Assembly (NCBI GenBank): GCA_964565125.1
Contig: CAZMCX010000058.1
Span: 1 to 5,097, forward strand
DNA from: an uncultured archaeon
GTDB taxonomy: Archaea > Iainarchaeota > Iainarchaeia > Iainarchaeales > 0-14-0-20-30-16
DNA length: 5,097 bases
Reading direction: 5' to 3'
The stretch's first letter is position 1, and each line of letters starts with the position of its first letter. The notes under the pieces are model-generated. The model was not told the DNA's origin. It saw only the letters and a program-made list of their open reading frames with translations, and searched no databases. A program made the position numbers and the translations under genes. Shown here piece after piece: positions 4,621 through 5,097 of this stretch.

Positions 4621-5028
4621 ATGTTCGAAGAAAGCAGACCTTTAGATGAGTTCCAAAGCTGGGTTCAGACAGAAATTACTGGCAGAGATTCGTCTTACAA
4701 GAAAAAGGCTTGTGTAAAACTCCTAGAAAAAACAAAAAAGAGTATTGATCCTCTTGGCGATTTATTTAAAAACAGCAAGCAGAAGTTCCTTGTTGAAATG
4801 CAAAAAAACACTTACCCTTACCTAAAAGAATTATTCGAAAACAAAGAGCACGAGCTAGGCACAAGTGTTTTAGGGGTCATCCATTCAAAGAAGATGTTTG
4901 AGATGTTTGTCCACGACTACAAGCTAAACAGAAAGAAAATGGGCTCAATATTCCTAGAAGGAGTTATGCAAAGCCCACTCTTCACTAATTTTGAAAAGAA
5001 AAGATTGTATCAAGGGTTTGATGTTTAA
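4621..5028 (+). CDS. Hypothetical protein (135 aa), no recognisable motif
   Basis: It is the only long ORF in this segment. A TATA-like box sits at the expected distance upstream, an oligo-T tract lies ~30 nt after the stop, and composition resembles neighbouring genes. I recognise no family signature. Confidence 0.55.
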   Translation: MFEESRPLDEFQSWVQTEITGRDSSYKKKACVKLLEKTKKSIDPLGDLFKNSKQKFLVEMQKNTYPYLKELFENKEHELGTSVLGVIHSKKMFEMFVHDYKLNRKKMGSIFLEGVMQSPLFTNFEKKRLYQGFDV

Positions 5029-5056
5029 AGAAATTAACTTCTTGGCAAAAAGTCAA

Positions 5057-5068
5057 TTTTATTTTTTT
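5057..5068 (+). terminator. Oligo-T terminator candidate for the 135-aa orphan gene
   Basis: TTTTATTTTTTT (T4 then T7) begins 29 nt after the stop codon at 5026-5028. This is archaeal-style intrinsic termination at T-runs. Confidence 0.4.
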
Positions 5069-5097
5069 ATAAAACTGCTTTGGTAAGAAGCAACTTT

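Noticed and set aside
3460-4634. 11-nt repeat TTCGAAGAAAG at 3460-3470 and 4624-4634
   Set aside because: It is short, one copy lies in a coding region (codons 2-5 of the orphan), and the match does not extend. Chance is the likeliest explanation.
4621-5028. Whether the 135-aa orphan could be the missing IS200-type TnpA (similar size)
   Set aside because: It has no His-hydrophobic-His (HUH) motif and no C-terminal catalytic Tyr context. It lies ~1.2 kb outside the hairpin-defined element, beyond an unrelated gene.
4526-5043. Exact 13-nt direct repeat AAATTAACTTCTT at 4526-4538 and 5031-5043, bracketing the 135-aa orphan and its promoter (a possible att or target-duplication-like pair)
   Set aside because: It is a single A/T-rich 13-mer recurring once in a ~5-kb AT-rich window, which is about what chance allows. 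There is no integrase, no terminal inverted repeats and no flanking extension of the similarity (4525 A versus 5030 G).
1-5097. CRISPR arrays, tRNA/rRNA genes, and cas or tnpA genes
   Set aside because: Reading both strands, I found no regularly spaced repeats, no tRNA-like conserved T-arm or acceptor patterns, and no additional long ORFs. The intergenic spacers (1-107, 702-778, 2118-2197, 3341-3478, 4514-4620, 5029-5097) are short and are accounted for by promoter, terminator or IS-end signals.

Overview
The window is AT-rich (about one-third G+C by eye), gene-dense, and holds six credible protein genes. From left to right they are: a TK1-type thymidine kinase (108-701, +); a SlyD-like FKBP prolyl isomerase with a Cys/His metal-binding tail (779-1348, +); an orphan, highly charged protein with a degenerate ~17-aa Tyr-periodic repeat (most likely 1392-2117, +); a 380-aa TnpB (IS605 OrfB-type RuvC nuclease, 2198-3340, -); a lipobox-bearing five-bladed beta-propeller protein with Asp-box-like repeats (3479-4513, -); and a 135-aa orphan (4621-5028, +). 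Four of the six genes have a TATA-like box centred 23-28 nt upstream of the ATG and the other two have one ~33 nt upstream. Only one gene has a Shine-Dalgarno-like motif. This pattern fits archaeal, largely leaderless transcription; a small-genome DPANN-like archaeon is an inference only. The most interesting locus is the tnpB gene. It lacks a tnpA partner, keeps the full D-E-D RuvC triad and zinc ribbon, and is bracketed by two related imperfect hairpins plus a conserved box (2160-2198 and 3395-3426). These look like IS200/IS605-type right and left ends. That predicts an omega (re)RNA overlapping the tnpB 3' end and reading out into the 3' flank of the convergent orphan gene. No rRNA, tRNA or CRISPR array was seen. 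Element boundaries, TAM, RNA ends and all functional calls for the orphans are unverified.
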